NCBI GenBank assembly: GCA_002633005.1
Contig: NMRA01000185.1
Location: 527,921-591,920, forward strand
Source: Phoronis australis
Lineage: Eukaryota; Animalia; Phoronida
DNA: 64,000 bases
Reading direction: 5' to 3'
Position 1 is the first letter of the stretch. The number at the start of each line of letters is the position of its first letter. Position numbers and translations under genes: made by a program. Of the stretch, positions 1-13,158 are shown piece after piece. The notes under the pieces were generated by a model. It was not told where the DNA came from, made no database searches, and saw only the letters and a program-made list of their open reading frames with translations.

Positions 1-756
1 AGAAAATAACACATAGGCACAATTAACGGTCGCCAACTGGTCCACTAGACAGGACACCCCCCTTTTGAAGTGCTGCTTTTTGACATAAGTGATGATCTTA
101 ATATACCCAAGAAGTAGCCTTAATTCATGGCTGTATATATTCTTGTTCCAATTATAAATCCATATCTCTCCGTTCTATTTCAGAGGCATGAAAAAACTGT
201 CTGGACACGATGCTTACGTGAGTTGCAGATGACATCTTGTGGTATGGTCAAGATCCAGAGGTCCGCTTTTTCATTTTGACACCTAAGCGCATAATACAAA
301 TCTGTGACCACAATATTTTAAAAAACATAGTATTATTGGTCGACAATTAACTATTAAAAAGTTACTTCAGAAATTCGATCCATGATAACCAATAAAACAA
401 TTTACACATATTCAGCAAGCACCAGGTCCTATTTGCTCCAATAAAAAATTCAAACCATTCATAAAACAAGAACACTAAGACGTGGTGTCGCCAACTAGAC
501 CTTAGTCCTTCTCCATTCATGTGAAGAACTCAACCAACACTAAACCACTCAAGAGTTTTACGCATTTCACTTATGACAGAACTGATCAGTTGAAGGTCAT
601 ATTCGTAGTTTGCCACGTAAATCACTCAAGTGGATCCCCAATGACAATCTAGTTTGATAACAAGCTTCCTGTGTAGCAGAGACATAACATATATATCCAT
701 AACAACCAGACAACTAGGAAATATGTTGTTGATAATGACCCCAGTTAATTACCATG

Positions 757-935
757 TTGGCTTACACTAGTACTCCTGGAGCGATGTTGCTAGCTTAACT
801 AGACCCACTTGCACTCAGGAGCAACTTGACAGATGTGTGACAACTTACCCCACCTAACCCAGGTAGGGTAAGTTGTTCTAGGGTTAGCTTGTTGTAGGGT
901 AATTAGTCCCACTCTAATGTGGACACAAAACTGCA
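757..935. repeat. Degenerate palindromic MITE-like repeat (possibly PIF/Harbinger-type end)
   Basis: Central hairpin ACAACTTACCCCACCT-aaccc-AGGTAGGGTAAGTTGT (840-876). The right end GTGGACACAAAACT resembles Harbinger-type termini, and a similar end lies at ~1235-1250. No TSD resolved. Confidence 0.3.
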
Positions 936-1338
936 AGCAAGCCGGAAGTAATTACCAGCTGTATATTTGTTCAGTTACATACATAGGGGTGTCTAATTCT
1001 TCTGCTGCCAATTGACCTATCACAAGCTCCACCCCCTTGCGAAAAGTCGACAAACAAACAATAGGTTTTACCACTCAAGGTGTTGTCGGGTAAAACGGCG
1101 GCTTGGAAACGAAAGTGTGCCAAGAACGCTGCATTCTGATTGGTCAGTTAAGCCGTTACTCTAAATCCTGGCGACAGGCCACTTGGGGCAAGTGGTTCCA
1201 AGACAAGTTGGTCAAGGGTTAAACAGGTAGTCCTGTGAACACAACTTTAAGTGCTCTTCTACCACCTAAACACTAGAATACAGCAAAGACCCATAGCTAT
1301 ACACACAGCGGTGATTTTTATCGCACACATTTACTCAC

Positions 1339-1383
1339 TTGAAGATGGAGAAAAACGTCGACATTTAAACTGACCAGACACAT
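1339..1383 (-). other. Candidate 45-nt internal exon
   Basis: Minus strand reads ttctgtggcag|ATGTGTCTGG...CCATCTTCAA|gtgagt. Length is a multiple of 3 and two frames are open (MCLVSLNVDVFLHLQ or VSGQFKCRRFSPSS). No recognisable homology. Confidence 0.25.
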
Positions 1384-4300
1384 CTGCCACAGAATTCAAC
1401 ACAGATGACAATTAAAAATAAAGGCTCATCAAATTTTCTTGATGCAGGCCAAAGCAAATGCCTAAATATTCACCCTCCACTACAGCATTTTCTGCCAGAA
1501 CATAGATTTTTTCCAATATTTGCAATATCAGTTGTCTTTAAAATGCTTTTGCGAGGCTCAAAAAACAAAATCAGCAATCTACTGCCTTAACAGTGGTAGC
1601 TTAGCTGTACAGCACAGTAAAGTCTACTATTTTACGACACAACATTGGCAGACAGGAGAATCTCTATGTTTTCATATTTTTCATAAGATTAGAAGCAAAA
1701 TGTTTTTTAGTGCCAATAAATACTGGTTTGGGAAAATTGTGGGAATTCAAAACAATATTAGCTCTTGAAAAATGACAAAGAGTTAATTTTGGCAGTTGTT
1801 TGTCGAAATTGGTGAATTTTTACATATCCTTAAGTAATAAATGTGTCGCCTTCTGCACCATGATCAAAATTATGGAAAGGTAAAACATTGTTTTCAATAC
1901 TGAGTGTGCGAAAATTTAGAATGTGAGTAATTGTAGGGTGGTCACCCTATATCAGACACACAGGCAGTCCTTTCATAAAAAACACAACAAAACCTTTAAG
2001 GCAATAATCAATTCCACCAAGAACTGGTCATGATTTATATTTAATCATATTGTTTTCTGTAAATAAAAATGTGCACTAAGGAAACTATAACACCAATGCA
2101 AATGTAAACAGTTCTCACCAGGAAATTGTAAACAGGTGTGATGTCATAGGAAGGGGAACACCTTCAAGACACTATAAATAGACCATTACTGCTGACCTAT
2201 ATTTAGCAAAGAATGATATAAACAATGCGAAAGGTTTCCCTATTAGTCAGACAACCAATCAGATTTGGAACAACACAGCAAGTCATATGACGTTTAGTTG
2301 CTAAGAAATGAATATGAGGGTTAATGACATGAACAACGCAGTTAAGGAAAGTACAATGCTGTTTTTTGGTACTTAAAAAGTAGTCCCTTGGCTAAGGAGA
2401 AGCAAAAGCATAATGAGCAGGAAGCCCCTCCCCCAACAACAGGAGGTGAAATTTGGTATTAGGAGATGTAGACCTTTGGTCAATGTCTCTGGGACCAAAA
2501 TAGAAGACTGAAACATTAAACTGAGCCAGACAGTTGGAATTGCATGTTGTTACAGTGCAATGACTTGGCCAGGTTTTATGGGTCACCCACCAAATAGCAA
2601 CCAGACTACTATACAAGGCATGCAGAAATTCTTGTAGAGGTGGCTGAACAGCAACTCGCGAAAGTTGTTGTTCAGCAAAAGGATTCAGGCAATGACAGTT
2701 AAGTTCGAAGCATGTTTAATACGTGTTTAATTGACCTTAAATTCAATGTAAACCTAGCTTTTGTACAAAACAAGTTGTACCAATTACGTTAATTTGTTTA
2801 ACATTTACAGAGTGCTTCAAAAAGTTTAAAATAGCCTAAAGCTATGAGTACAAGGGGATTTACTAGGAACTAATATTTTTTCTCATTCCAGGAATCTCAA
2901 AGATGTTATGCAAGTTAAAAAAAATGCCTTAGATCTACTTGAATGACAGACAGCAAAATTTTTGCACCAAACTGTCAAGCATGACTAAATTACACAACTG
3001 AAGAACTGTTTCTAATTTTTTTATAGTTGAAGCATGCAATAATTAAAGAAGTTTGTTCTATGAAACATGCAAAAGCTGAGAGTCCAAGCTGCTGTGGTAA
3101 TGCAAAAGAAACTTAGGGATTCTTGTACCTAGAGAAACATCCTCAGATCCCAGAAATACCCGTAACACCCTTACACACTTCAGTGAAACCATTTTCTCAC
3201 ATTTCAGAGAATGTATGTGAAACATCAGGACACCCTATACAAAAGTTTGCAATAATTTTAAAGCGTGATGAGCGCCATCTTTGAAAACCATTCTTTTGGT
3301 ACAAGTGTGGGTACAACCATTTGTTGATGTTTTTTTGATACGGTGAGTTTGCCTTCTTAATTACACCTGATCAAACCGTAAAATGAACGGGGGTTTAAAG
3401 CTCAAATGAAGGACTCACTGTTGCCAGCTAACATTCATTCCAGTTGGAAGTTTGCAATTCAAATGCTACCAACTATTAATGATGCGCGTCATTAATTCAG
3501 TAAGAGCTGTATTTACCTGAACTTCAGTCCTATTACACAAAGAGTTCAGACTCAAAAAAACAAAAAAACAGGAATACCTACTCCAGATAAAAAAGTAACT
3601 ATTAAATTTGATCTTTTTTTAAAGTTTCTCTGTATTACCCACTATATTTCTGTTCCGCATTAGAACTAGGATTATGTCAGGCATAAAAGCACTTGGGAAA
3701 TTTATTTTTATCCTACGTATAAGCGAACGAAATACTTAGCCTGATGGGATGAATAGGAGGACGGTTACGACTTAACGCACAAACTGACCAGACAATTGAG
3801 TATACTGTCCTCTTGATTCTCACCTTCGTTTGACACACCCGTTGTCGTTAATCACTTCACATGATTTTAACCTCATTATGCCCACCATCATCCTTCTAGT
3901 AATCATGGTTTAAAAATGCTATTTTTATTTTTTATTTTTGACGCGATCAATTTAACTCATAGCTTATTCTAAACAACAGACCCAAGCCCTATATTAGCTA
4001 AGGGACCAATCCATTGTCACCACAATCATTATCATTATCATCATCATCATCAATTCTTCACATTTCAAAGACTTCCAACATGGTTATGAAGATCACTGGC
4101 AGTGCAAGTTTAGATTCATGTATTTTTGTTTATTTACAAACATGTCAACATGTCAAAACTTATTGCACTGAGTGACATGACAGAAATGACTTTCCTTACA
4201 AGTTAATATCATCTCATCTGTCTTTTTTTGTTAAATCTTGTCCTATCTGTCCCCATTTGTAATGAAATTCCTAACTTAGATAGAAGTATGCGACTATTGG

Positions 4301-4516
4301 AATAATTCACCCTGCAGTTCCAATTCTCTCTAAGCAAATGTTTCGTAGGCCAGCTGTATTAATTAAGAATGCTTTCAAAATTGTTGTGGATGCACCATGT
4401 ACCTTTTGTGTTTTGTTGATCATTTTTTAGCACAATGACTATGCCAGCCAAGAGCATAAAGAGAACGTTTCCTTAAAACTGCGTTAATGATAAATACATC
4501 TTGGTGGATTCAGGAG

Positions 4517-6436
4517 CAGTGACTCATCTAGCGGCCGTCTTGGCCGTTCTTGGGACGGCCCTTTTAAAAAAATGACGGCTTTGGACGGCACGGCCATGAC
4601 GGAAAAGACAGCCTGTTACAAGACAACCTCGGCAAAAATGAAGGCTAAACGAAGAATTTTAACATTTATTGTTAATAAATTTTATTGTAAACTACAATTC
4701 ATTGTTTAAGTTTGCTAATTAACTCGATATTAGAAACTTTTGGGATGTATTTTTACTATAAATGCTCCAATGACGATCGGCAAATACTGGCAGCCATCTT
4801 CGGGGAATACCTTCCTGTTCTGTGACGTCAAGGTGACTTTATACGGAATCCCCCGCACGGCTAGTGTCGAGAAACATTAGTAACCCGGAGATGGACACTT
4901 AATCTTTGAAACTGAAGAACCCACACCCGCGGAAGTTGAAGCGGCACTCGATGTATTCGACAGAGCAGCCAATTTGATATAGCTGAGAACGTATACTTCG
5001 AAAAAAAGTGATACATGCCAAAATTCTAGCACTGACCTGCCGTACAAATGCCATCAATGTCGTTGAGCATGCAAACCAGATAATACTTAGCGCAAACTTC
5101 CTTAATTTGTTCGCAATTAGTTCCGTTCCAACTTGAACGAATGAATGAAAAAATATCAAAAAATACGTATGGCTGAATGACGTATATTGATGCACGAGAA
5201 TGCAGCACAAACTCTACGAGAAAAAATGTAGTGTAATGTTGGTTAAGAATTCAATGACTAACTTAGTATGAAAGTAAATGACTCGAAATACTTCAACTTT
5301 TTGAGGAATTCCATGATTATTGGGCGATTCGACTTTATCCTCTGTGTGTGGCAATGCATGCCGTATATGGAAAAAAGTAGGTCGGCCAGTCACGTGCACA
5401 ATACCTGTTACTTCGGCTCTGAACCAGGCCGTGGGCTTTGAATCTTAAACTGCGAGAAAAGAATGGTTCTTTTTAAGAATAAATTTCTTGTAGCGTAACT
5501 ATGAAAGACTGTGATTGACTTTCGACCTGGTAAGTTTCATATTCAACAAAGCGTCCACTTATAATGCACTGCAGAAGACGTTAACAACTATGATGTCCCC
5601 GGCGACCACTGGCGACGCTCGTAGCCAAACGACTTGAAATTTACGAGTACCTAAAGCGCTCGGAAAAATGTTTAGAAACGTAAAAATACGAATGCCAAAT
5701 TCAAACACGGAGTTTCGACGTTTTTTTTGGTCATGATCCTTTACGAAGCCAAGTCCGGGTGTACAAGTCCGGGTGTACAAGTGCGAGTGCACATATGCCA
5801 TCACTCCTATTTTCCAGCAGACATTTTCGCCCATGTTGAGCACTGGTGGTGGGCCAGAGTTGAATTTGTTGAGGATATGGTCTTGTTCAGTATAGACTTG
5901 TGAATTGCAGAACTGTGCGATGTAATGAAACGTAGACATGTACTCTAGGATATATTTCTTCATGTCCTTTCGAATGCAAATTCATTGTCTTCTCATAATT
6001 TTAAATGGTTTCTCAAATGCATTAAAGTAGTAGGCCTACACTTCTCTTTTGAGAGCTTCAAGATACATTGAGTCATGTACTCATGCTGTGGATTATCTGT
6101 CTAACATGCAACTCTACACAGATTATATTACTAAAAAGATTTACAGATCTTGATTTTTGCAGTCTAGTGACAATACACACATCGTGAATGGAACAAACTT
6201 CCTAATTTTTGTTTAGTTTCCCTATGTTCCGTTCTTTGAACAAGAAAAAGACGTGCAAACAGTATGCTAAATAAAATGCAAGGAAATGACCTTTTTTATT
6301 TTTAAGTAACAATTTTTTCCTCAGTGGGTGGGGGGAATCCCCCCCATCAGCGCTGCGCGCCTCATATTTGCGCCTTGCACGACTTGTCAGACTTACGAAT
6401 TTGGACCCCAATTTTCAAATCCTAGATGAGTCCCTG
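4517..6436. mobile_element. Non-autonomous hAT-type DNA transposon (1.9 kb)
   Basis: 15-bp TIR CAGTGACTCATCTAG / CTAGATGAGTCCCTG with one mismatch. Perfect 8-bp TSD TTCAGGAG at 4509-4516 and 6437-6444. Subterminal GACGGC repeats. No transposase ORF. Confidence 0.9.
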
Positions 6437-7329
6437 TTCAGGAGGTAAAGTGATGCCAATTGAAAGGTTTATTAAATGCAGGCAGTTTTTTTCTTGAAAA
6501 TTGTGGTTGCTTCCCCCATGCACCCTGTGACTCAACCCCAGATCTGCAATGGCCGAGACACGACTGATGCCTTCAGAACACCTCAGATATTGTCATACCC
6601 TCTAACTTCACATCAGCAGTCGACATTAATATCTGCACATGTGGGACTTGTCATATGACTCAAATCATACTATGAATCACTGGCCCCATGATTTAAGTTC
6701 ACACATAACATACACAGATGACTATCACCTACAAAAAACTTGGGAACTACCCGAAGTGCTTCCAATGTGATCTGGCCTACACAAGAATAGTACCATATGC
6801 TTGTACATTAGATAAATTCACTTTTCTCATCACCTGATGAATGTACGTCACCTCCAAGATGCACAAACACCCAAGACAACACAAATGGATGGCAAGCCTA
6901 AACACTTTATTTGGCGCTTATAATCTAAAAATTTTCAAAGCAAGTTTTAACTTGTCCACACATTATTTGTACACCAGAGGTCACATTTTCCCTTCTATCA
7001 CCATAAAACTAACAAAAATCATGCATCTCATGAAAAGCTAGAGTCTACGTTTTTTCAGCAAATTCTCAACAAAAATGGTGCAAACATCATCATATTTTGA
7101 ATAATCAACGTGAAATTTACATAGAATACGTATAATGTGAAAAGCTTGAGGCTTACTCTAGCTTTGAGGTGAAATCTGGGGTGGCTAGTTTTTAAATAGT
7201 TGTTTGCAGAGCTCTATTGCTCAATGGTTCTTTGAGGGAATCTTCTGAAATTTAGAACAAGGACAGGTCTCGTCATAGCTATCTGGATGGAATGTGTCAT
7301 CCATTTTTCACCACAAATTCCTGGAACCA

Positions 7330-7879
7330 TTGTTATGGTAGATTATCCAAGGACTCCTCTTCAATTGATTGATTTCTCAGAGCTGTCGCTGGCACCACTT
7401 CACTGATGTTTCTGAAATCTGTTTCTCCATGGTGGTTTCTGCCTGCATTGTCATCAATGCTTGTGGCTTAGTGATTGGTTAGACAACTGAGTGTGTTGTT
7501 ACTGTCATCAGTGTTGGAGATGGTTTCATGGTTTTTGTAAATGTTGTCAGTATTGCTGGCAGCACTTTCGGTGTTGTTGACAGTGTCGGTGGCTGTGCAA
7601 TGGCCTCCGAGGTCGTCCTTCATGCTGTCAATGATTACACGAGCTTTGAATTTTGAGGAGTCTCTACTTTCACTGTCATCCATATAAAGCATTATGTCAT
7701 TCTATCACAGAGCTTTCACTGTTTCTGATCGTCTCCATGAATAGGGGGTTTAAATCCCCCTCTCCTAACTCCATTGACCAATCAAATATTCTGGAAGGTT
7801 GACATGGCTGACCTGGGTTAAGAAACGAGAGTGAATCACGTGCTACTGCATCCCTTGGGTGACAAAAACCAACCACTAG
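7330..7879 (-). pseudogene. Decayed coding-like exon (D/S/N/T-rich, unknown product)
   Basis: Acceptor ttttactttgtcag at 7880 is followed by LVVGFCHPRDAVARDSLSFLNPGQ...SSVIE*, a frame change, then MDDSESRDSS...LTNH*ATSIDDNAGRNHHGETDFRNISEVVPATALRNQSIEEESLDNLP*. Codon-like composition but interrupted. Confidence 0.3.
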
Positions 7880-7953
7880 CTGACAAAGTAAAAACACTTT
7901 GTGCTCACCTTATTTATTAGCACAGAAACAATTTCCGATCTCCACAATAACTA

Positions 7954-10900
7954 CCGTAATCGCCGTAATAACTGCCCAGGGCGCTTAGAAAAGTTCGTTT
8001 CAGGGGGACCATACTGGGCAGGTGCTCAGAGATTTTGGTTGGGGTAATCATCTTGTTTATCAATAGATCTATTTCTATTCAGAATGTTTATAGGCACAAC
8101 ACAAAAGACCTCCCCCAAGCTATTGTGAGAGTATTTACAATATACCCTACCAGGTAAAATAAGGCAGTTTTAGTGAGGTTTGCACTCTCAACCAGAATGG
8201 ACAATTTTCAGTGACTTGTTATGCTGGGAGCTAAGTTGTGAATGACCTTTTCCACAAGTGCGAGAATTTAGCCAAATATGGCTATGGGCATGGAACATCG
8301 GGCCTTAGGGGAATATTGAGCCACGGAAATATCGGGATAGAACACCGCTGTTCTTATTATAGCCCAAAGTGGTTGAAACCCGGTCTCCGAAACAGGTGAA
8401 ATTGTAAGCTAGAATTCATGAAATTTACGCATCTTTAACCTAAGACAGTTTCTACAAAATTGCAGTGCATTGCTATCAAAATTTGTTGTTAAAGCAAGAG
8501 CATAGTTTCAGAAAATCCCAGTGCGAAAACCTGCCGACTAATGCATCGCTGCCTCGCAATCGTCGATAGGTTAACTTGAATTCATGAGTAAAAATATAGT
8601 TTCGACTCAACTAATTACTTAAGTCCTCCTTAAGTTTTCAAAATAGCGTCCCTAACATTTTTAAGTTCCCGTGGAGTCGGAATTTAATCCATATTAAGTC
8701 CATATCTGCGCTAGATCGTACTCTGCAACTCCAGAAAGTCTCTGGACGAACACACATGTTGTTGTCACATGATGTTTATTTGAAGTTCTTCTGTGTGTGT
8801 GAGTGAACGAGTGCGTGCGTGTCATCAGAGCTCATTTGCCAGAGTGAGCGCGATGTAACGATCGGGAGATACGGGGGTATAAGGGTGCGGAAGTTTTCAC
8901 TATCAGTTTGTCATTTTGACTTTAAAAACCCCAATTACGATTAATTCCTCATAAAAATAACGCAAACGTTTTTACGATAGTAGAAACTTTCGGAAATAAG
9001 TGCCAGTATAGATTTCTTGCCAATGCTATGCTACCCCTTTCATGAATGGATAGGTCCCGAAGACTAATATTCGATGACAGGTACTTGTATGTAAGCGCGC
9101 GCTTCTTGGCCACGTGCCTTTAACTAAAGTCAAGTTTTTATTAGTCTTCGATTCGCAGTTTTCACATATACAGAAAATTTAGATTCCTGTTGAGGGAGTA
9201 GATCTGTGCGGGGAAAGATACTGTAATACCACTATCCCGTTGACAAGTACACTCTGAAAGGCCAGACCATAATTGAACACGTCCCTCACGATATCAGCTA
9301 AACTTTAGCGTTCTTTTTAAAGCACGGCGGAAGTTTGGAGTGTATATTCAAGCTAATACCGACATAGCAGCGAGGCTCGTGGTCTACAAATTTCGAACAC
9401 AATGACTTTTTTCAGGACTGTCCATTCTTATTGATAAATTGAAGATGTTACTATACAATTTTAACTCTAGGTAAGGCATTTTTCGCAAGCACGACAGCAT
9501 TCATGCACTGGGCGCTTATTTTAGCAGTCAGAAAATGCTAGGGGGACGCTTATAGGGGCATGGGGGCTTATTAGGACGAATTCGGTAGTTAATCTCTCCA
9601 ACATGTGAAGCTTGCACGCGCGCACTTCTGCCCTGTTGCCATATGAGAATACGTAGCAATCCAGGTGGAGCGCTGCATGGTCACTTGTCGTCTGCGCACT
9701 ACAGTTGGTTGTCAATGGGCAAGAAAATAGTTCTCACTCAATTCCAAGAAATGCGAAATAAGTAACCGTTTCTTGGCCCTGTTACACAAAAAGTAACATA
9801 TCAAGCTTTAACCGACCATTTTTGTCAACTGAATGGGACCGCATCACAATTGGGCATTAATATATGGCTTCTCATGACGTGCAATATATTTATGAATTGA
9901 AAAGTTGTGCATCAAATTTCACCGTTCAAACGCAAACAGAGATGTTTTTGATCGACAATTTTAAAGGTATACATGAAATTAAGAATAAAGGGCTAAATTT
10001 GTGAGTATGACAATCTCGTTCTCTGCAAGCACCGGTTTATGTTAAGCAATCAGGTAATCCCCAGCCTGGTGTGTTGGCTGACTCACAATAGCTCTATTGA
10101 AACTATTGTGAGGAAGCTGTATTCATGAGCAACTGGCAGTAACAAGTGGTTAGTTGCAGGTGTTTTCGGACCACACTGACCCTTATGGCTTATCATAACC
10201 CAAGATCAATGAAACCCGGTCTCCGAAACAGGTGAAATCGGAATCTAAGATTCATTATATTTACCCTGACATATCTGTAATCCATGAAAGACTTTCTACA
10301 AAACCGTGGTGCATTGCTATCAAATTTTGCTGCTAAATTACGATCATTTCATAGAAAATTGTGCTGAAATCTCAAGGCGAAAACTCGCCGACTGCCTGCC
10401 TCACAATCGTCGATATCATGGCGGCTTGAATGCTTGAATAAAAATAGTTTTGACTCATGCAAATTACCTGAAATCCTACTTAAGTTTTCCAAGTAGCGTC
10501 CCTAAGATTTTTAAATTCCCGTGGAGTCGGGATCACGGCAGGTTTAAGTACAAATCTGTGCTATATCGTGCCATCTACATGAATGATCGGCCACACGAGA
10601 AAAATGTTTGGACGAACACACATGTTGTTGTCACGTGACCCTTGTTTTGAAGTTGTCTGCGTTTGTGAGAAAGCGAGAGCGTGCGTGTCACCTGTTCATT
10701 TGCCAGAGCAGAGACCGTCTTTTGGCCAGAGCCACGCAATCTAACGAGCTAGATGTGCATTGTATCCAAAGAAATTTGCACAAGCAGTAGGCCTAAACCA
10801 GAGCGTGTTTCATTCAGCACTTGCCGGTCTCACGTGCTAAAAACGTTCGACATTTGTCTCGGTTAGGCCAATTTAGTCGCCGTGTGGCTGGATGCGTACG

Positions 10901-11641
10901 TGACTATCTGACAGTTATTTTTTGTTGTAAGGGTGTGTAAGCATTCACTGTCAGTGGTTATTTTATCGGATATTTGGCTTAAAAACACCAATTATGGTTA
11001 ATCAAACAATTCATTTTAAAAATAACGCAAACATTTTTTATAGTGTGAGAAACTGTCGGAAATTAGTGCCAATATTCATTTCTTGCCGACGCTATGCTAC
11101 CCGTTTCATGAATGGATAGTTCCCGACTAATGCCTTTGATGACAGGTTCATGTATGTAGCGCACACTTCCTGGCTACGTGCTTTTAACACTGGCCAGGAT
11201 TTTTGGTAGTCTTCGATTCATGGCTTTCAGGTGTAGGCCTACAAAGAAATTTGGATTCCAGTGTTGAAAGCGGAAAAAATCTACAAAGCAATCCGTAGAC
11301 AAGTATACTACTTCTGTCCTGAAAGGCCAGACTATTAGTCCTTGGAATACCAGCTGAACTTTTGTGTTCGTTTTGAGGCATAGTGGAAGTTTGAAGGGTA
11401 TACTCACGGCTAAATACAGACATAATAGCGAGGCTCGTGGTCTACAAATTCTGCGCACAATTTTTTTCAGGACTGTCGGATATTATTGACAAATTGAAGA
11501 CGTTACTGTAGAATTTTAGGACTGCAGGTAAGGCATTTTTCACACGTACACGTTCATGGACTGGGCGTTTCTTTTACCAAAGTCTGAAAACGCATGGGGG
11601 GGCGCTTATAGGGGCATGGGCGGTCACTATGGCGAATACGG
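7954..11641 (+). mobile_element. Composite non-autonomous Tc2/pogo-like (Tc1/mariner superfamily) element, 3.7 kb
   Basis: TA|CCGTAATCGCCGTAATAACTGCCC ... GGGCGGTCACTATGGCGAATACGG|TA with TA on both sides. Contains two diverged copies of the family's ~1.3-1.45-kb body (~8350-9585 and ~10187-11641). Confidence 0.88.
8350..9585 (+). mobile_element. Internal, left-TIR-less sister copy of the same Tc2/pogo-like family
   Basis: Shares GAAACCCGGTCTCCGAAACAGGTGAAAT and many downstream blocks with 10211 onward. Ends in its own right TIR, GGGGGCTTATTAGGACGAATTCGG|TA. Confidence 0.75.
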
Positions 11642-13158
11642 TAATTTGACTCAGTTTGTCCTTTTGGACAAGTCTACATCAATTCAACTACAAAGACTAC
11701 ATTACTATTTGTCAGTGTTGAATCATGTGTATATGACTGACACATATTACACCATCTTTATCTTTAAGCATCAACTATTGGAAATAATTTTCCAACCATT
11801 TGGCTACAAAATATTTTTCCTCTCCAGCTCGAACTCCTTATTGCCAGGCAGTTGTACTTTCTGACTGAGAACTCTTCAGAGCTTAAAAAACGTGATGAAA
11901 CTCAAAGACATCATTACACATTATAAAGGAGACAAATGGATTAACTGCCTCGTCAATGTCGTGATAGACGTGGACTTGAAAACCTTAATAATTTGCTGCA
12001 ATTATTGTTAACAACTCATGTACTGTTAACTAGCTGGCTTTCTGAAACTTTTTGTGTTTTGATCAAATATGTCTAAAAAGATCGATCTGTGACAACCATG
12101 CAGTCATAAGCTGAACTGAGCTCGAGTTTTCTTATAAACGAAGCCAGCATCAGTCACTAGTGGGAAGTCCTTTTTGATTTTGATTTCCTCTACATTGTAA
12201 ATAGGTTATAGAAAGTGTTTTGCACATGCATGCAGTTAAGACAGAATTAAATTTAGTGTAAATCAGTTTTTGGCCACAGTAAGATTAAAAACCTGACGAT
12301 CACTTGTTGTCCTAAATTGTTATAAATAAAATCCTGATGATGCCTATTGAATAGACAGAACGTTGATTTAACATGAACGTTTTTTCTTTGTGCAGCGATC
12401 GTCCGGTTTTTAACTTTAGTGTATGACTGAACAGTTTTTTTAAGTTGTGTGTTCGCACAACAGTTTGAAAAATCATCTTGTCCACATACATTTCGTTGTC
12501 CTGGAAGTTCTGGAAAATGATTAATGTCAACTCAAAACGTTCCATTAAAATTCCAGGGACATAATGTTTAGGCAAATCCAATTAACAAAACAATAAAGGC
12601 TCTAAACAATACACAGCAGGTGTTAGAATGACAGGTTACTACACAAGCGGTGAACTTCTGATCAAATTTTCAACCATTAATAGGGGCATGCCTATAATAA
12701 AATTCGTGAATAATGACTGTGTGGAAAAATGTAACCTAATTATTGATTATTAATGGGTCAAGTGGTCCTACTATTAATATAATAATTTGAATGAGCTGTA
12801 TGCATGCTCACATGTGTTGTAAGCAAGACTTCCAAATGATAAAGATTGAGCAAAATCACCCAAGCAGAACTTCGGAAGGAAACAAACTGATATAAAGGGA
12901 AAACAACCCAAAGCTAAGGTAAAAAATACAACTTCTGATTTTAAGAACAATAGCTGTTACAAAAGTGATCTCATCTTGTTCCTTACTAAGGGTTAGAAAT
13001 GGTTTCTTAAGGCTTGAAAAAGACAAGTTCCCAGCAGATACTTCACAGTTCTAATCTATTCTGGCCCATGATTGGTCCAAAAAATGATGTGTATTAACTT
13101 AAGTACGAAGGCTGACCTCCCAAAAAGGGCACAGATTGATGATCCCCTAAACTCAATA

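Noticed and set aside
2392-2705. Coding-looking stretch
   Set aside because: Stops in the plus frames and no recognisable product in the minus ORF.
10450-10638. Apparently conserved small ORF repeated at 38223-38432
   Set aside because: The similarity comes from two copies of the same non-autonomous transposon. No recognisable protein motif.
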